62,849 bases of DNA from Obrimoposthia wandeli (Eukaryota): assembly GCA_977020255.1 (NCBI GenBank), contig CDROCS010003840.1, forward strand, positions 310,001 through 372,849, written 5' to 3'. The translations under genes were made by a program, and so were the position numbers. Of this stretch, positions 52,872 to 62,849 are shown one piece after another. The number at the start of each line of letters is the position of its first letter. The first letter of the stretch is position 1. The notes under the pieces were generated by a model, which worked only from the letters and a program-made list of their open reading frames with translations, was not told the origin of the DNA and made no database searches.

Positions 52872-55800
52872 TGGAACGCGGTAAGTATCAATCACTCACA
52901 ATGGTCAACTGGAACGGCTTCTTTGCCCGTACTTTTGATATCGATAATTTGGTTACCACATTATCTGGCGGTAATGGTGCGGGTAAATCCACCGCCATGG
53001 CTGCATTCATTACGACGTTAATTCCCGATCAAAGTCTTCTGCACTTCCGTAATACTACTGAAGCGGGTAGTTCAAACGCATCTCGTGATAAAGGCTTGCA
53101 CGGTAAGTTAAAGCCGGGCGCGTGTTATGCGGCATTGGATGTCGTTAACTCGAAAAAGCAGCGTATTATTTTTGGTGTAAAGCTGCAGCAAGTCGCAGGT
53201 CGCGATAAAAAAGTCGATATCAAACCGTTTCTTATTCAAGGTTTGCCATCACACGTTAAACCGACGGAATTATTGGTTGAAACCTTGTCTGAAAACCAGG
53301 CTCGTGTTCGTCAAATCAATGAAGTAAAAGAGATAGCGGGTGAATATGAAGGCGTACAATTTAAAGCCTTTACTTCTGTTACGGATTATCACACGCAAAT
53401 GTTTGAATTTGGTGTATTACCAAAGAAATTGCGTAATACCCAAGACCGCTCTAAATTCTATCGTTTAATTGAAGCATCACTTTACGGTGGTATTTCAAGT
53501 GCTATTACCCGTTCGTTACGTGACTACTTATTGCCACATAACTCTGGGGTGAAAAAAGCGTTCCAAGATATGGAAGCGGCATTGCGTGAAAACCGCATGA
53601 CGTTAGAAGCGATTAAACTGACCCAGAATGATCGTGATCTATTTAAGCATTTGATCTCTGAAGCAACACACTATGTTGCGGCTGATTACATGCGTCATGC
53701 TAATGAACGCCGTAATAAGTTAGAAACAACGCTAAAATTACGTGGCGAATTATTAGGTTCACGCAAGGTACTGGGCGATCAAAATAATTTACTGACTAAC
53801 ATGTCAGGCGAGTTAGACGAATTAAATGATCGTGAAAGTGCTTTAGAGCAAGATCATCAAGCAGCGTCTGATCATCTGCAACTCGTACAAACAGCGGTAC
53901 GCCAGCAAGAAAAGATTGAACGTTATAAAGAAGATCTAGAAGAATTAACCGAGCGTCTTGAAGAGCAGGTAATGGTCGTTGAAGAAGCGGCAGAACAACT
54001 TGCAATGGCTGAAGAACAAGCCGTATTAACCGAAGAAGAAGTTGATAGCTTGAAGACGCAGCTTGCTGATTACCAGCAAGCATTGAATATGCAGCAAACT
54101 CGTGCATTGCAATATCAACAAGCAGTTCATGCTTTAGAAAAAGCGCGTGAGCTGTCGAATGCTGATGATTTGTTGGCTGATAACGCACCCGCATATTTGT
54201 CGCAATTAAAGCGTGACCAAGAATTACAAACCACCGCTTTGTTGGCGCTTAAGCATAAGTTGGATATGTCGTCTGCGGCGGCTGAACAATTTGAGAAAGG
54301 CTTGAAAATTGTCCAGACCATTGCCGGTGCTATTGACCGTGCAACGGCGGGTCAAAAAGCCCGTGAATTAATCACTCATGCTCGTCGCCTTCGTGCGGTG
54401 TCAGAGCGTGGCGATCAGTTAAAAGGTCAGTATCGCGATCTTGAACGCAGTGTGCGTAATCAACGTCAAGCAACTGAGCTGGCAGAAAGCTACAGTAAGC
54501 GTTTTGCAACTGTTGTAGACAACGAGTTAGTATTAGCAGAAGAGCAAGCTCGTCATGAAGCAACATTCGAAAGTCTTGAGCAAGAACAAGAAGCATTAGT
54601 TGAACAACGCAATGATTTACGTCGTCAAGAGCTGCAACTAGGTACTCAAATCAAGTCTTTAGAAGCGTCGGCACCCGCGTGGATTGCCGCATCTGATGCG
54701 CTTGAAAAACTGTCTGATCAGGCAGATGCAGAATTAACAGATAGTCAGTCTGTTATGAATGCAATGCAACAAACATTAAATAATGAACGTGAAGTCTCCG
54801 CTCAGCGTGATCAGCTAGCCCTGCGCAAGAAACAACTGGAGCTTGATATTGAACGTCTTGCTCAGCCTGGTGGTAGCGATGATGCACGTTTACGTGGCTT
54901 AGCAGAGACACTTGGCGGCAGTCTACTGTCTGAAATTTATGATGACATCACTTTAGCTGATGCACCGTATTTCAGTGCGATGTATGGTCCTGCTCGTCAT
55001 GCGATTGTTGTTCCCGATCTGAAAGAGATCAAAGATAAGCTCATCGCATTAGACGATTGCCCTGACGATCTCTACATTATCGAAGGTGATGTCGATTCAT
55101 TTGATGACAGCGGCTTTGATGTTGATGAATTAGACGGTGCGGTATGCGTACACTTAAACGACCGTCAATTGCGTTATTCTCGTTATCCGAAGGTGCCCCT
55201 ATTTGGACGAGCAGCTCGTGAACAACGTCTAGATAAATTGCGTGAAGAACGTGATCAGCTGATTGAAGATCACGCAAAATCTGCATTTGATTCGCAAAAG
55301 CTACAGCGTTTATATCAGAGCTTTAATAGCTTTGTTGCGACACACATGTCGATAGCATTCAATGCTGATCCTGAAGCAGGATTAAAGCTTGCGAGAGAAA
55401 AGCGTAATCAAGCAACCCGTCAATTAACTGATGCTGCTGCCAAAGAGCAACAGCAACGCAGTCAGCTTGTCGCTGCGCGTGAAGGGTTAGCGTTATTAGG
55501 TAAATTGAATCCGCTTGTTAACTTGTTAGAAGATGACACATTAACAGATCGTTTTGCAGACGTGGAGCAGCAGCTTTCACAACTTGATGAAGCGCGTAAT
55601 TACTTAGACCGTCACGGTAGAGCGATTACAGAACTTGAAGGTTTAGTTTCTGCTCTAGATGCAGATCCTGAGAAATTTGATGCACTACAAACGAGTTATG
55701 TTGATGCTGATAGCCGACTACAAGCACTGAAGACGCAGATTTTTGCTGTCGCTGATTTGGTAGAGCGTCGCCATCACTTCACGTATATCGACTCTGTTGA

Positions 55801-57331
55801 GTTAGTGAATAAAAGCTCAGAGCTTAATGATCAGCTTAAAGCGAAATTGGTAGCAGCAGAGCGCGAACGTACACGTTGCCGTGATGCTCTTAAACAAGCT
55901 CGTGCACAAGCTAATCAGTACAACCAGTTAATGGCATCGTTAAAAAGTTCGCATCAAGCCAAACGTGAAACAGTGCTAGAGTTTGAACGTGAGCTGCAAG
56001 AGCTGGGTGTTCGTGCTGATGTTGAAGCAGAAGAACGTGCTCGTATTCGCCGTGATGAGCTTAACGAACGTCTACACAGTTCGCGTAACCGTCGTAGTGA
56101 GCTAGAAAAAGCGATTACGTCGATTGAACTTGAAATGAAGGCATTGGTGAAACGTCTCCGTAAAGTAGGCAAAGAGTACCAAGAAATTCGTAAGTTAGTT
56201 GTGAATGCAAAAGCGGGTTGGTGTGCAGTATTGCGTCTAGCTCGCGAAAATGATGTTGAACGCCGTTTACACCGTCGTGAAATGGCATACATGTCTGCGG
56301 GTGAATTACGTTCATTATCAGATAAATCATTAGGTGCTTTACGTCTTGCCGTCGCAGACAACGAAAACTTGCGTGATGCTTTACGTTCTTCTGAAGATAT
56401 TTCGCGCCCAGAGCGTAAAGTATTGTTTTACATCGCTGTTTATCAACACCTTCGTGAACGTATTCGTCACGATATCATTCGTACCGATGATCCGGTTGAA
56501 GCGATTGAAGAGATGGAAGTTGAACTCGCGCGCCTTACTGAAGAGCTAACTGCACGTGAACAGCGTTTGGCTATCAGCTCTGACTCTGTTGCGAATATTA
56601 TTCGTAAAACGATTCAGCGTGAGCAAAACCGTATTCGTATGCTAAACCAAGGTTTGCAAAATATCGGCTTTGGTCAGGTTAATGGCGTACGTCTAAACGT
56701 TAAGGTACGCGAGACGCACGAATCATTACTGAGTGGTTTGGCTGAACAGCAAGATCAACACCAAGATTTATTTGGTAATAACCGCTTAACCTTCTCTGAA
56801 GCGATTGCGAAGTTGTACCAGCGCTTGAATCCTCATATTGATATGGGTCAGCGTTCGCCACAAATCTTAGGTGAAGAGTTACTGGATTACCGTAACTACC
56901 TAGAATTAAGCATTGAAGTAAACCGTGGTACAGACGGTTGGCTACAGGCTGAATCTGGCGCGTTATCAACGGGTGAAGCCATTGGTACGGGTCAGGCAAT
57001 TCTACTGATGGTGATTCAAAGTTGGGAGGAAGAGTCACGTCGCTTACGCGGTAAAGACCTTATTCCATGTCGCTTATTGTTCTTGGATGAAGCCGCACGT
57101 TTAGATGGTAAATCTATCGCGACATTATTCGAACTTTGTGAGCGTTTGGATATGCAATTATTAATTGCAGCACCAGAAAACATTAGCCCTGAAAAGGGAA
57201 CAACCTACAAGCTAGTGCGTAAGATTTTCAAAGATCGAGAGCACGTACATGTGGTAGGTCTTCGTGGCTTTGGACAAGAGCCAAAGGTCGAAACAAACAT
57301 ACAAGAAATGTTAGATTTGAATCCAGCATAA
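52871..57331 (+). CDS. mukB: Chromosome partition protein MukB
   Basis: GGNGAGKST Walker A, long coiled coil with hinge, LSTGE signature, [11 protein letters not shown]; TTG at 52868 is an alternative start. Confidence 0.98.
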   Translation: MERGKYQSLTMVNWNGFFARTFDIDNLVTTLSGGNGAGKSTAMAAFITTLIPDQSLLHFRNTTEAGSSNASRDKGLHGKLKPGACYAALDVVNSKKQRIIFGVKLQQVAGRDKKVDIKPFLIQGLPSHVKPTELLVETLSENQARVRQINEVKEIAGEYEGVQFKAFTSVTDYHTQMFEFGVLPKKLRNTQDRSKFYRLIEASLYGGISSAITRSLRDYLLPHNSGVKKAFQDMEAALRENRMTLEAIKLTQNDRDLFKHLISEATHYVAADYMRHANERRNKLETTLKLRGELLGSRKVLGDQNNLLTNMSGELDELNDRESALEQDHQAASDHLQLVQTAVRQQEKIERYKEDLEELTERLEEQVMVVEEAAEQLAMAEEQAVLTEEEVDSLKTQLADYQQALNMQQTRALQYQQAVHALEKARELSNADDLLADNAPAYLSQLKRDQELQTTALLALKHKLDMSSAAAEQFEKGLKIVQTIAGAIDRATAGQKARELITHARRLRAVSERGDQLKGQYRDLERSVRNQRQATELAESYSKRFATVVDNELVLAEEQARHEATFESLEQEQEALVEQRNDLRRQELQLGTQIKSLEASAPAWIAASDALEKLSDQADAELTDSQSVMNAMQQTLNNEREVSAQRDQLALRKKQLELDIERLAQPGGSDDARLRGLAETLGGSLLSEIYDDITLADAPYFSAMYGPARHAIVVPDLKEIKDKLIALDDCPDDLYIIEGDVDSFDDSGFDVDELDGAVCVHLNDRQLRYSRYPKVPLFGRAAREQRLDKLREERDQLIEDHAKSAFDSQKLQRLYQSFNSFVATHMSIAFNADPEAGLKLAREKRNQATRQLTDAAAKEQQQRSQLVAAREGLALLGKLNPLVNLLEDDTLTDRFADVEQQLSQLDEARNYLDRHGRAITELEGLVSALDADPEKFDALQTSYVDADSRLQALKTQIFAVADLVERRHHFTYIDSVELVNKSSELNDQLKAKLVAAERERTRCRDALKQARAQANQYNQLMASLKSSHQAKRETVLEFERELQELGVRADVEAEERARIRRDELNERLHSSRNRRSELEKAITSIELEMKALVKRLRKVGKEYQEIRKLVVNAKAGWCAVLRLARENDVERRLHRREMAYMSAGELRSLSDKSLGALRLAVADNENLRDALRSSEDISRPERKVLFYIAVYQHLRERIRHDIIRTDDPVEAIEEMEVELARLTEELTAREQRLAISSDSVANIIRKTIQREQNRIRMLNQGLQNIGFGQVNGVRLNVKVRETHESLLSGLAEQQDQHQDLFGNNRLTFSEAIAKLYQRLNPHIDMGQRSPQILGEELLDYRNYLELSIEVNRGTDGWLQAESGALSTGEAIGTGQAILLMVIQSWEEESRRLRGKDLIPCRLLFLDEAARLDGKSIATLFELCERLDMQLLIAAPENISPEKGTTYKLVRKIFKDREHVHVVGLRGFGQEPKVETNIQEMLDLNPA

Positions 57332-57345
57332 TAGGTTACATATTG

Positions 57346-57373
57346 AAAAGGTCAGAGAAATCTGGCCTTTTTT
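57346..57373 (+). terminator. Intrinsic terminator after mukB
   Basis: AAAAGGTCAGA-gaaa-TCTGGCCTTTTTT. Confidence 0.75.
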
Positions 57374-57520
57374 ATATATCATATATTTTCTCTGTTTTAT
57401 CACTGCAACGTAATCCCTTCCTTTTTACACTTAGTATTGTCTTGTTTGTAAGATCATTTTCTCAATGTTTAATAACACCTTCGATAAATTTTTGCTCCCT
57501 CAAATTGCTCCTAAAATTTC

Positions 57521-57551
57521 ATTACCAATCTGATTTGTTAGGTGGGTATTA
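57521..57551. repeat. Collapsed relic of repeat family B
   Basis: ATTACCAATCTGATTTGTTAGGTGGGTATTA resembles 29973-30006 inverted. Confidence 0.4.
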
Positions 57552-57607
57552 ATGTTGGATTCGGCCATTCAACATGACAATTTCTGTAATCTCGTAGGGG
57601 TGATGAC

Positions 57608-58645
57608 ATGAAAAAAATAATTTTAATGGTGCTCACCATGTTTGTGGTGGTTGGGTGCGGCGGTGGCGGCGGTGATTCTAGTACAACATCGGCTTCTGAT
57701 AGTGATTCTGATGGTTCAGGTGGAACAGCAACAAGCAGTGACGGTGCGAAAGCCGATGTGCCAATCTCTGTTGATGTCGTTGTACCGCCAACAGAAGTAC
57801 CTAATCAAGATGAATTGCAAGCTTGTGTTGCCATCGATGCTGTAAGAATGACGGATTTAGCCGGCACGATTACAGAGTGGACAACAAAAAGTATGAACAA
57901 CCCAGATGAAATCAGTAATAAGCAATGTATACCTGCTGATTCTTCTATTCCGGTTGATAACGATGGTTACCCTAAGTTTATTGTGATCGATCTTCATGAC
58001 TTAACTGGCGTGGATATCATTCAGTTAATTTCTGATCAGCTAGTGACGGCTGGCGAATATAGCGCGATGTCATTGTCTGTTATTCAGGGTACGTATGATT
58101 CACTAATAGGAGACACTCTTGGTCAGCCACAATATTATTCCTATGTAGGTGATGCTTTAAATAAACAATATATGGAAGTGGTGGATGAGCTGTCTTTTGA
58201 TGGACTAGATATTAATATTGATGTACCAACGACTTATACCATGACGTTTGACCTTAGAAGTATGTTGCAGATGCTCGAAAGTGCGTATTATTTGAAAAAT
58301 GAAGGATTACGATTAGTTGATAACGTACTTGCTGCGACCATTTATGGTGACGTAGATCCAGCAACATGTGATTCTTCAGATAATGCATATGTGTATCTTT
58401 ATGAGAATGATGACTCAGGTTATGGTGATTTAGGATCTGATAACCCACCCGTTAGTACGGCGAAAGTTATTGATAACCAATATTCAATGGGTTATGTGCC
58501 AGAAGGAACATACGATGTTATGTTAGCGTGTAATGCGTTGGCAGATTTACCTAATCAGATTGATTTAGATATCGATCTAGATGAAGATTCTATGCATGAT
58601 GACCAATCTGTTAGTGGTGGGCAAGAATATTATAAGCCTTTCTAA
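57608..58645 (+). CDS. Acidic lipoprotein, DUF4382-like domain plus a C-terminal beta-sandwich
   Basis: Lipobox VVGC, Gly/Ser/Asp linker, IDLHDLTG, AGEYSAMSL, MTFDLRSML, YSMGYVPEGTYDV. Confidence 0.65.
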   Translation: MKKIILMVLTMFVVVGCGGGGGDSSTTSASDSDSDGSGGTATSSDGAKADVPISVDVVVPPTEVPNQDELQACVAIDAVRMTDLAGTITEWTTKSMNNPDEISNKQCIPADSSIPVDNDGYPKFIVIDLHDLTGVDIIQLISDQLVTAGEYSAMSLSVIQGTYDSLIGDTLGQPQYYSYVGDALNKQYMEVVDELSFDGLDINIDVPTTYTMTFDLRSMLQMLESAYYLKNEGLRLVDNVLAATIYGDVDPATCDSSDNAYVYLYENDDSGYGDLGSDNPPVSTAKVIDNQYSMGYVPEGTYDVMLACNALADLPNQIDLDIDLDEDSMHDDQSVSGGQEYYKPF

Positions 58646-58667
58646 CGGAGCTTTTGTTGTATGAGAT

Positions 58668-58704
58668 AAAAGTCGATAAATCTTAAAAGGTTTATCGACT
58701 TTTT
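58668..58704 (+). terminator. Intrinsic terminator
   Basis: AAAAGTCGATAAA-tcttaaaagg-TTTATCGACTTTT. Confidence 0.7.
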
Positions 58705-58983
58705 AGTTTCTGAACACATCATATCGGACTTTTGTTGGTGATTTATTCAGCGCTTATTCAGTTAATATGGATTAGGATGATCCACCTTGACTCGATCGAT
58801 CTCTCATTATTAAAATCCCAGAATAAAACACTAGCTAACTTAACCTCCTGACCAAGCTGTAATTAAACGATAATGTCGTGAAAAATAGTCATTCCTGCTG
58901 TATTTTTGTGGTTGTTTTTTGACCATCTATTCTATAGATTCTCTTCTCAACGCTACCTAGTCACCTTTGAAAGAGACATTTTT

Positions 58984-59802
58984 ATGCCAGCAGTTATGAC
59001 CCTAAAGAAAGTTGTTATCAGTGCAATGTTCGGCTTTGCTGTAACTGGATATGGTATTTCAACTGCCAATGCGTCAGTTACCACGTCTCCAGCTAATCAC
59101 CTACTTTCTACATTGAAGTATGTTGAGCTTGAAGCTAATCAAGGTGACACCAATATGCAGCTTTTTCTTGGGCGTGCTTATTTAGAAGGTACTAATGGTC
59201 TTAAGATTGACCGACTAAAAGGTATGTATTGGTTACAGAAAGCAGCTGTTGATATGCCTGAAGTCAAAACGATGATTGCTGATCTATTTAAAGCAGGTCA
59301 GGTTGTACCTAAAGATACGTCGCAAGCTTTATATTGGTATACAGAAGCAGCGAAAGAAGGTTCAGTACCAGCAATGATTGAGCTAGGCTCATATTATGCG
59401 TCTGGGGCTACGGGCTCAGTTGATTGTGCTAATGCGATTAAATGGTTCAACGACGCATCAAATGGTGGATCGTTAGAATCTAAACGTAATTTAGTCTGGT
59501 TATATGCAACCTGCACCGACGAACGTATGCGTGATGGTGAACGTGCACTTAAGTTAGCGAAGCAAGTCTTAAGCCGCACTGGAACGGGTGATGCGGGTGA
59601 TTATGATAACCTTGCAGCCGCGTATGCAGCATGTGGTGAATTTTCAAAGGCGGTAAACGCACAAAAAGAAGCGATTGGAAAATTAGAAAAAGACGTGCCG
59701 AGTAATAAAGCTGAGCTAGTAAATACACAGCGTATTGCTAAGTTCGAGCAGCGTTTACAGCTTTATAAGCAAAGCCAAACACTTTATAGCGCTTCACTTT
59801 AA
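58984..59802 (+). CDS. Sel1-repeat/TPR exported protein
   Basis: LGRAYLEG...GMYWLQKAA, ALYWYTEAAKEG, AIKWFNDASNGG, DNLAAAYA; signal peptide; ATG 58984. Confidence 0.85.
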   Translation: MPAVMTLKKVVISAMFGFAVTGYGISTANASVTTSPANHLLSTLKYVELEANQGDTNMQLFLGRAYLEGTNGLKIDRLKGMYWLQKAAVDMPEVKTMIADLFKAGQVVPKDTSQALYWYTEAAKEGSVPAMIELGSYYASGATGSVDCANAIKWFNDASNGGSLESKRNLVWLYATCTDERMRDGERALKLAKQVLSRTGTGDAGDYDNLAAAYAACGEFSKAVNAQKEAIGKLEKDVPSNKAELVNTQRIAKFEQRLQLYKQSQTLYSASL

Positions 59803-59836
59803 TCATGATTTAATCGCATATAAATAGATTCTTAAT

Positions 59837-59887
59837 AAAAGGGCTGACTTCTAATACTCTAACGAGTTATGGAAGTCAGCCCTTTTT
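59837..59887. terminator. Long bidirectional terminator hairpin
   Basis: AAAAGGGCTGACTTC...GAAGTCAGCCCTTTT, 15-bp arms. Confidence 0.8.
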
Positions 59888-59961
59888 GATCGCAGTTTAT
59901 TTTCGTGGCAAGAAGCCGATGAAAAATGCCCCGCTACCTTTTAATAGATATAAATTCATCG

Positions 59962-61266
59962 TTATTGTTTAGCAATTACGATGGTATTTGTGTCTTCTAC
60001 TTTCATCAATTTATTGTACTTTGCGACCGTCTGTTCGAATTGGTTTTTTTCTTTGGTCGGAACCGATGACGCCATTGGAATCTTAGCCGTCATAGGATTT
60101 ACTGGTTTATTTCTAATCAAAAATTCATAATGGATATGTGGGCCAGTAACACGACCAGTTCGCCCTGATAGCGCAATTTGTTGTCCTCGGGATACTTTTT
60201 GCCCTTTTTTTACTAAGATTTTGCTGTTGTGTAAATATCGTGTTCGGTAATTTGCCCCGTGTTGAATAACAATATAACGCCCAGCATAAGGGTGATTGGT
60301 AGTCATTACGACGACACCATCCCCCGTTGATAATACTGGTGTTCCACTTGGCGCAGCAAAATCGACACCATTGTGTGGTGCCCGGCGACCAGTAACGGGA
60401 TGACGGCGGTTCGCATTAAAATTTGAACTAATACGCCAGCGTTTAGCGGAAGGGTAAGGTAAAAAGGCACGTTGCAGGCTTTCACCGTTCGCATCGTAAT
60501 AATTACCGTCTTCATGTAAATAGGCTGATATTATTCGACCTCGGTTTTCAAGCCGAATAGCCTTAATGTCGTGAAGTCCGGTGGCTTTGCCTTCGATATA
60601 TTGATTAGCGACGACAACCTCAAAGGTATCACCCGCTTTAAGATCCCGTGAAAAATTAATCTTATCTTTTAATAAGCTAATGATTTCATTGATTTCGCTA
60701 AAGTTCAGTCCTGCTTTTTGAGCCGATACCGAAAAGCTTCCATATATGCTACCCGCAGCAACAGATGACTTCCATGTACCTGGTAACGTAATTTCAACAA
60801 ACTCAAATCCACCCTCATTCACACGTTGATAGTCAACGCGCTGAGCGGCATTAAATTCTAATTCTAATTTTTCTAGGCGTTGCCCCGAGTCATCTAACCA
60901 GAACCGTAAAAGGTGGCCTGGTAGCAAAGTATCGATACGTAAATTGTCTAAGTCAGCTTCCATTACCTGTTGCATATCAGATAAGGGAATGCCGAGTGTT
61001 GCAAAAATCTCACTTAGCGTATCGCCTGATTGAATCTGATATTCATAACTAGGCGGTTTTACAATGTCTTTTATTGAGTCGTTACGAGGGCTCGAAACGG
61101 GTGTTGTGTTTATTGTTGTGAATGATGCGGTATCTAATTCGATATCATGAATAGGACTAGAACGAAAAGATAAAACTGTCGCAACAGTGACCAAAGATAA
61201 TCCCGCAATGCTTAGTAATTTATAGTTAATAAACTTATTTAATACTGTCATTTTAAACGTCGACAT
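59962..61266 (-). CDS. M23 peptidoglycan DD-endopeptidase, MepM-like (LysM/OapA + M23)
   Basis: TM anchor, YQIQSGDTLSEIF LysM-like segment, HNGVDF (HxxxD) and PHIHYE (HxH) zinc motifs. Confidence 0.92.
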   Translation of the reverse strand: MSTFKMTVLNKFINYKLLSIAGLSLVTVATVLSFRSSPIHDIELDTASFTTINTTPVSSPRNDSIKDIVKPPSYEYQIQSGDTLSEIFATLGIPLSDMQQVMEADLDNLRIDTLLPGHLLRFWLDDSGQRLEKLELEFNAAQRVDYQRVNEGGFEFVEITLPGTWKSSVAAGSIYGSFSVSAQKAGLNFSEINEIISLLKDKINFSRDLKAGDTFEVVVANQYIEGKATGLHDIKAIRLENRGRIISAYLHEDGNYYDANGESLQRAFLPYPSAKRWRISSNFNANRRHPVTGRRAPHNGVDFAAPSGTPVLSTGDGVVVMTTNHPYAGRYIVIQHGANYRTRYLHNSKILVKKGQKVSRGQQIALSGRTGRVTGPHIHYEFLIRNKPVNPMTAKIPMASSVPTKEKNQFEQTVAKYNKLMKVEDTNTIVIAKQ

Positions 61267-61351
61267 AAATAGAAGTGCTCATCATTATTATTTTTTTGGT
61301 TGTTGTACTTGCGCCAAAAAGACACAAAATCTCACCATAAAAGCACAGCAT

Positions 61352-61372
61352 TTCTGAACGGTAAATGAACTG
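61352..61372 (-). promoter_or_regulatory. Tandem TorR box-like decamers
   Basis: Minus strand CAGTTCATTT-A-CCGTTCAGAA at 11-bp period, versus the tor box CTGTTCATAT. Confidence 0.4.
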
Positions 61373-61604
61373 ATGTTTCGAAAGGTCAATTTATAAGCAA
61401 TTAATGATTTGAATTTTACAAGCAACGTCAGGACGTTTGTTTTCTGTTAGTTTTCACGATAATCGACAATGCTTAACACTACGATACAGCACGGATGCGC
61501 TTCAAAATATGTGTGTTTGTAACATTGTTAACTATACTTTTTTAACGGTTACCTCATGAGTAGTAAGGTGAGGTGGGTGGCATATTTAGAATAGGATATT
61601 AGCA

Positions 61605-61778
61605 ATGAGTAGCGTCGATAATGTTGCCGATAAAGATAAATCAAAATATGAGTGGCGATCATTTATTTTCATCACAGTTTTTCTCTTCCCCATTTTGTCT
61701 GTAGCACTTGTTGGTGGTTATGGCTTCATTATCTGGGCACTACAAATCTTCTTTCTCGGTCCTCCCGGTCACGGCTAA
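61605..61778 (+). CDS. torE: TMAO reductase system protein TorE (NapE/TorE family), 57 aa
   Basis: Hand translation: MSSVDNVADKDKSKYEWRSFIFITVFLFPILSVALVGGYGFIIWALQIFFLGPPGHG; not in the ORF track. Confidence 0.9.
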   Translation: MSSVDNVADKDKSKYEWRSFIFITVFLFPILSVALVGGYGFIIWALQIFFLGPPGHG

Positions 61779-61814
61779 TTCACACCACAGTCAATAAACA
61801 GGTAGGTTAAGATT

Positions 61815-62849
61815 ATGATGAGTTTTATTAAAAAGCTGTGGGGCACTTTTTGGCGTCCTGCGGTGCATATTAGTTTAGGCATACTCACGTTAGGCGGGTT
61901 TGTTGCAGGTGTGATTTTCTGGGGTGGCTTTAATACGGCACTAGAAATTACCAATACAGAAAAGTTTTGTATTGGCTGTCATGAGATGAAAGATAACGTG
62001 TACGAAGAATTACAAACAACGGTGCATTGGTCGAATAATGCCGGTGTAAGAGCAACATGCCCCGATTGTCATGTTCCTCATAACTGGACAGATAAAATAG
62101 CAAGGAAGATGCAGGCGAGTAAGGAAGTATTCGGCTCTATTTTTGGCACGATTGATACCCGCGAAAAGTTCTTAGCTAAACGGGGTGAATTGGCACAGCA
62201 TGAATGGAAACGTTTTGCGTCTAATGGTTCTCTCGAATGTAAAAACTGCCACCAGTACGAAAGTATGAAGTGGGAAGAAATGTCGACTCTGGCGCAATCG
62301 CAAATGAAGCAAGCGGCCGAGAAAGATCAAAGTTGTTTGGATTGTCATAAAGGCATTGCTCACAGCTTACCAGACAATATGGATACTTCTGGTGGCATGG
62401 TATCGCAGTTAGTGTCTAATTCTCGTAGCACCAGTTATAACGAAGGCAGTAATTATTTCAGTGTTCGTTATTTGCCTATGTATGAAGATGAAGCATTAAC
62501 CCAAAGTGGCGGAGAACTGAATCCTGCCTCTGAAGTGAAAGTCGTGGCAGTAAAGGGTGATGCGATACAAATTGAAATTAATGGTTGGCGCAAAACGAAA
62601 GGATTTGGACGCGTAATATCTGAAGACTTTGGGATGAATATTCCGACTGCTGCTTTAAGCAAAGATGCTGCGCAAAATGACAAATTAGTACAGAAATTTG
62701 AAGAAAAAGAAGATGATTTAACCGGTCTTCCTTGGCAGCGCGTAACGGTGAAATTATGGATGCCCAAAGATTCACTAGTAGATAATGTAGATATGATTTG
62801 GAGTGAAACTAAATCTGCTTACAAAACTAACTGTAGTGTTTGTCATACC
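61815..62849 (+). CDS. torC: Pentaheme c-type cytochrome TorC, partial; runs off the window end
   Basis: Open frame to the window end; N-terminal TM and five CxxCH motifs (CIGCH, CPDCH, CKNCH, CLDCH, CSVCH). Confidence 0.93.
   Translation, partial: MMSFIKKLWGTFWRPAVHISLGILTLGGFVAGVIFWGGFNTALEITNTEKFCIGCHEMKDNVYEELQTTVHWSNNAGVRATCPDCHVPHNWTDKIARKMQASKEVFGSIFGTIDTREKFLAKRGELAQHEWKRFASNGSLECKNCHQYESMKWEEMSTLAQSQMKQAAEKDQSCLDCHKGIAHSLPDNMDTSGGMVSQLVSNSRSTSYNEGSNYFSVRYLPMYEDEALTQSGGELNPASEVKVVAVKGDAIQIEINGWRKTKGFGRVISEDFGMNIPTAALSKDAAQNDKLVQKFEEKEDDLTGLPWQRVTVKLWMPKDSLVDNVDMIWSETKSAYKTNCSVCHT

Noticed and set aside
57343-57552. 69-aa ORF after mukB
   Set aside because: TTG start, runs through the mukB terminator and a repeat relic, low-complexity translation
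61267-61540. Zur box upstream of the M23 gene (as for zinc-regulated ShyB)
   Set aside because: No TGTTAT-N3-ATAACA-like palindrome found
1591-62775. Many 60-155 aa ORFs overlapping or antisense to long genes (e.g. 21279-21746, 33321-33626, 41462-41887, 47338-47853, 53796-54194, 55954-56361, 62468-62767)
   Set aside because: Shadow frames of well-supported genes, with no recognisable motifs or independent SD/terminator signals
1-62849. CRISPR array, IS/transposase, integrase, prophage, tRNA/rRNA, dif site, known riboswitches
   Set aside because: No regularly spaced repeats, DDE or tyrosine-recombinase motifs, structural RNA signatures or dif consensus seen on either strand by manual reading

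Overview
This window is core-genome DNA from a Vibrionaceae bacterium, probably Photobacterium-like and probably the large chromosome. That assignment is inferred from gene order matching the Vibrio hinT-lpoB-ycfP-ndh-csiV-mfd-plzB-lolCDE-comEC-msbA-lpxK-kdsB block, plus elyC-cmoM-mukFEB and torE-torC. About 50 CDS are supportable. Four are missing from the supplied ORF track and were translated by hand: ybjL (partial), ycaR/Trm112, torE and torC (partial). I found no rRNA, tRNA, CRISPR array, transposase, integrase, phage or recognisable defence genes, and no clear-cut large novel system. The best leads are small. (1) The pyrC promoter has an initially transcribed AATTTTTTG, which suggests UTP-sensing reiterative transcription, plus a PurR box. 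(2) Two families of degenerate TATACC...GGTATA palindromic repeat relics occur, two copies fused to stop codons. (3) A candidate ~65-nt sRNA lies between lolE and a DUF2062 gene. (4) A COG3014-YcfL-LpoB triple-lipoprotein module is uncharacterised. (5) A stand-alone ADP-ribosylglycohydrolase has degenerate motifs. (6) Several orphan lipoproteins are present. All motif calls were made by eye; no database searches or folding calculations were run.
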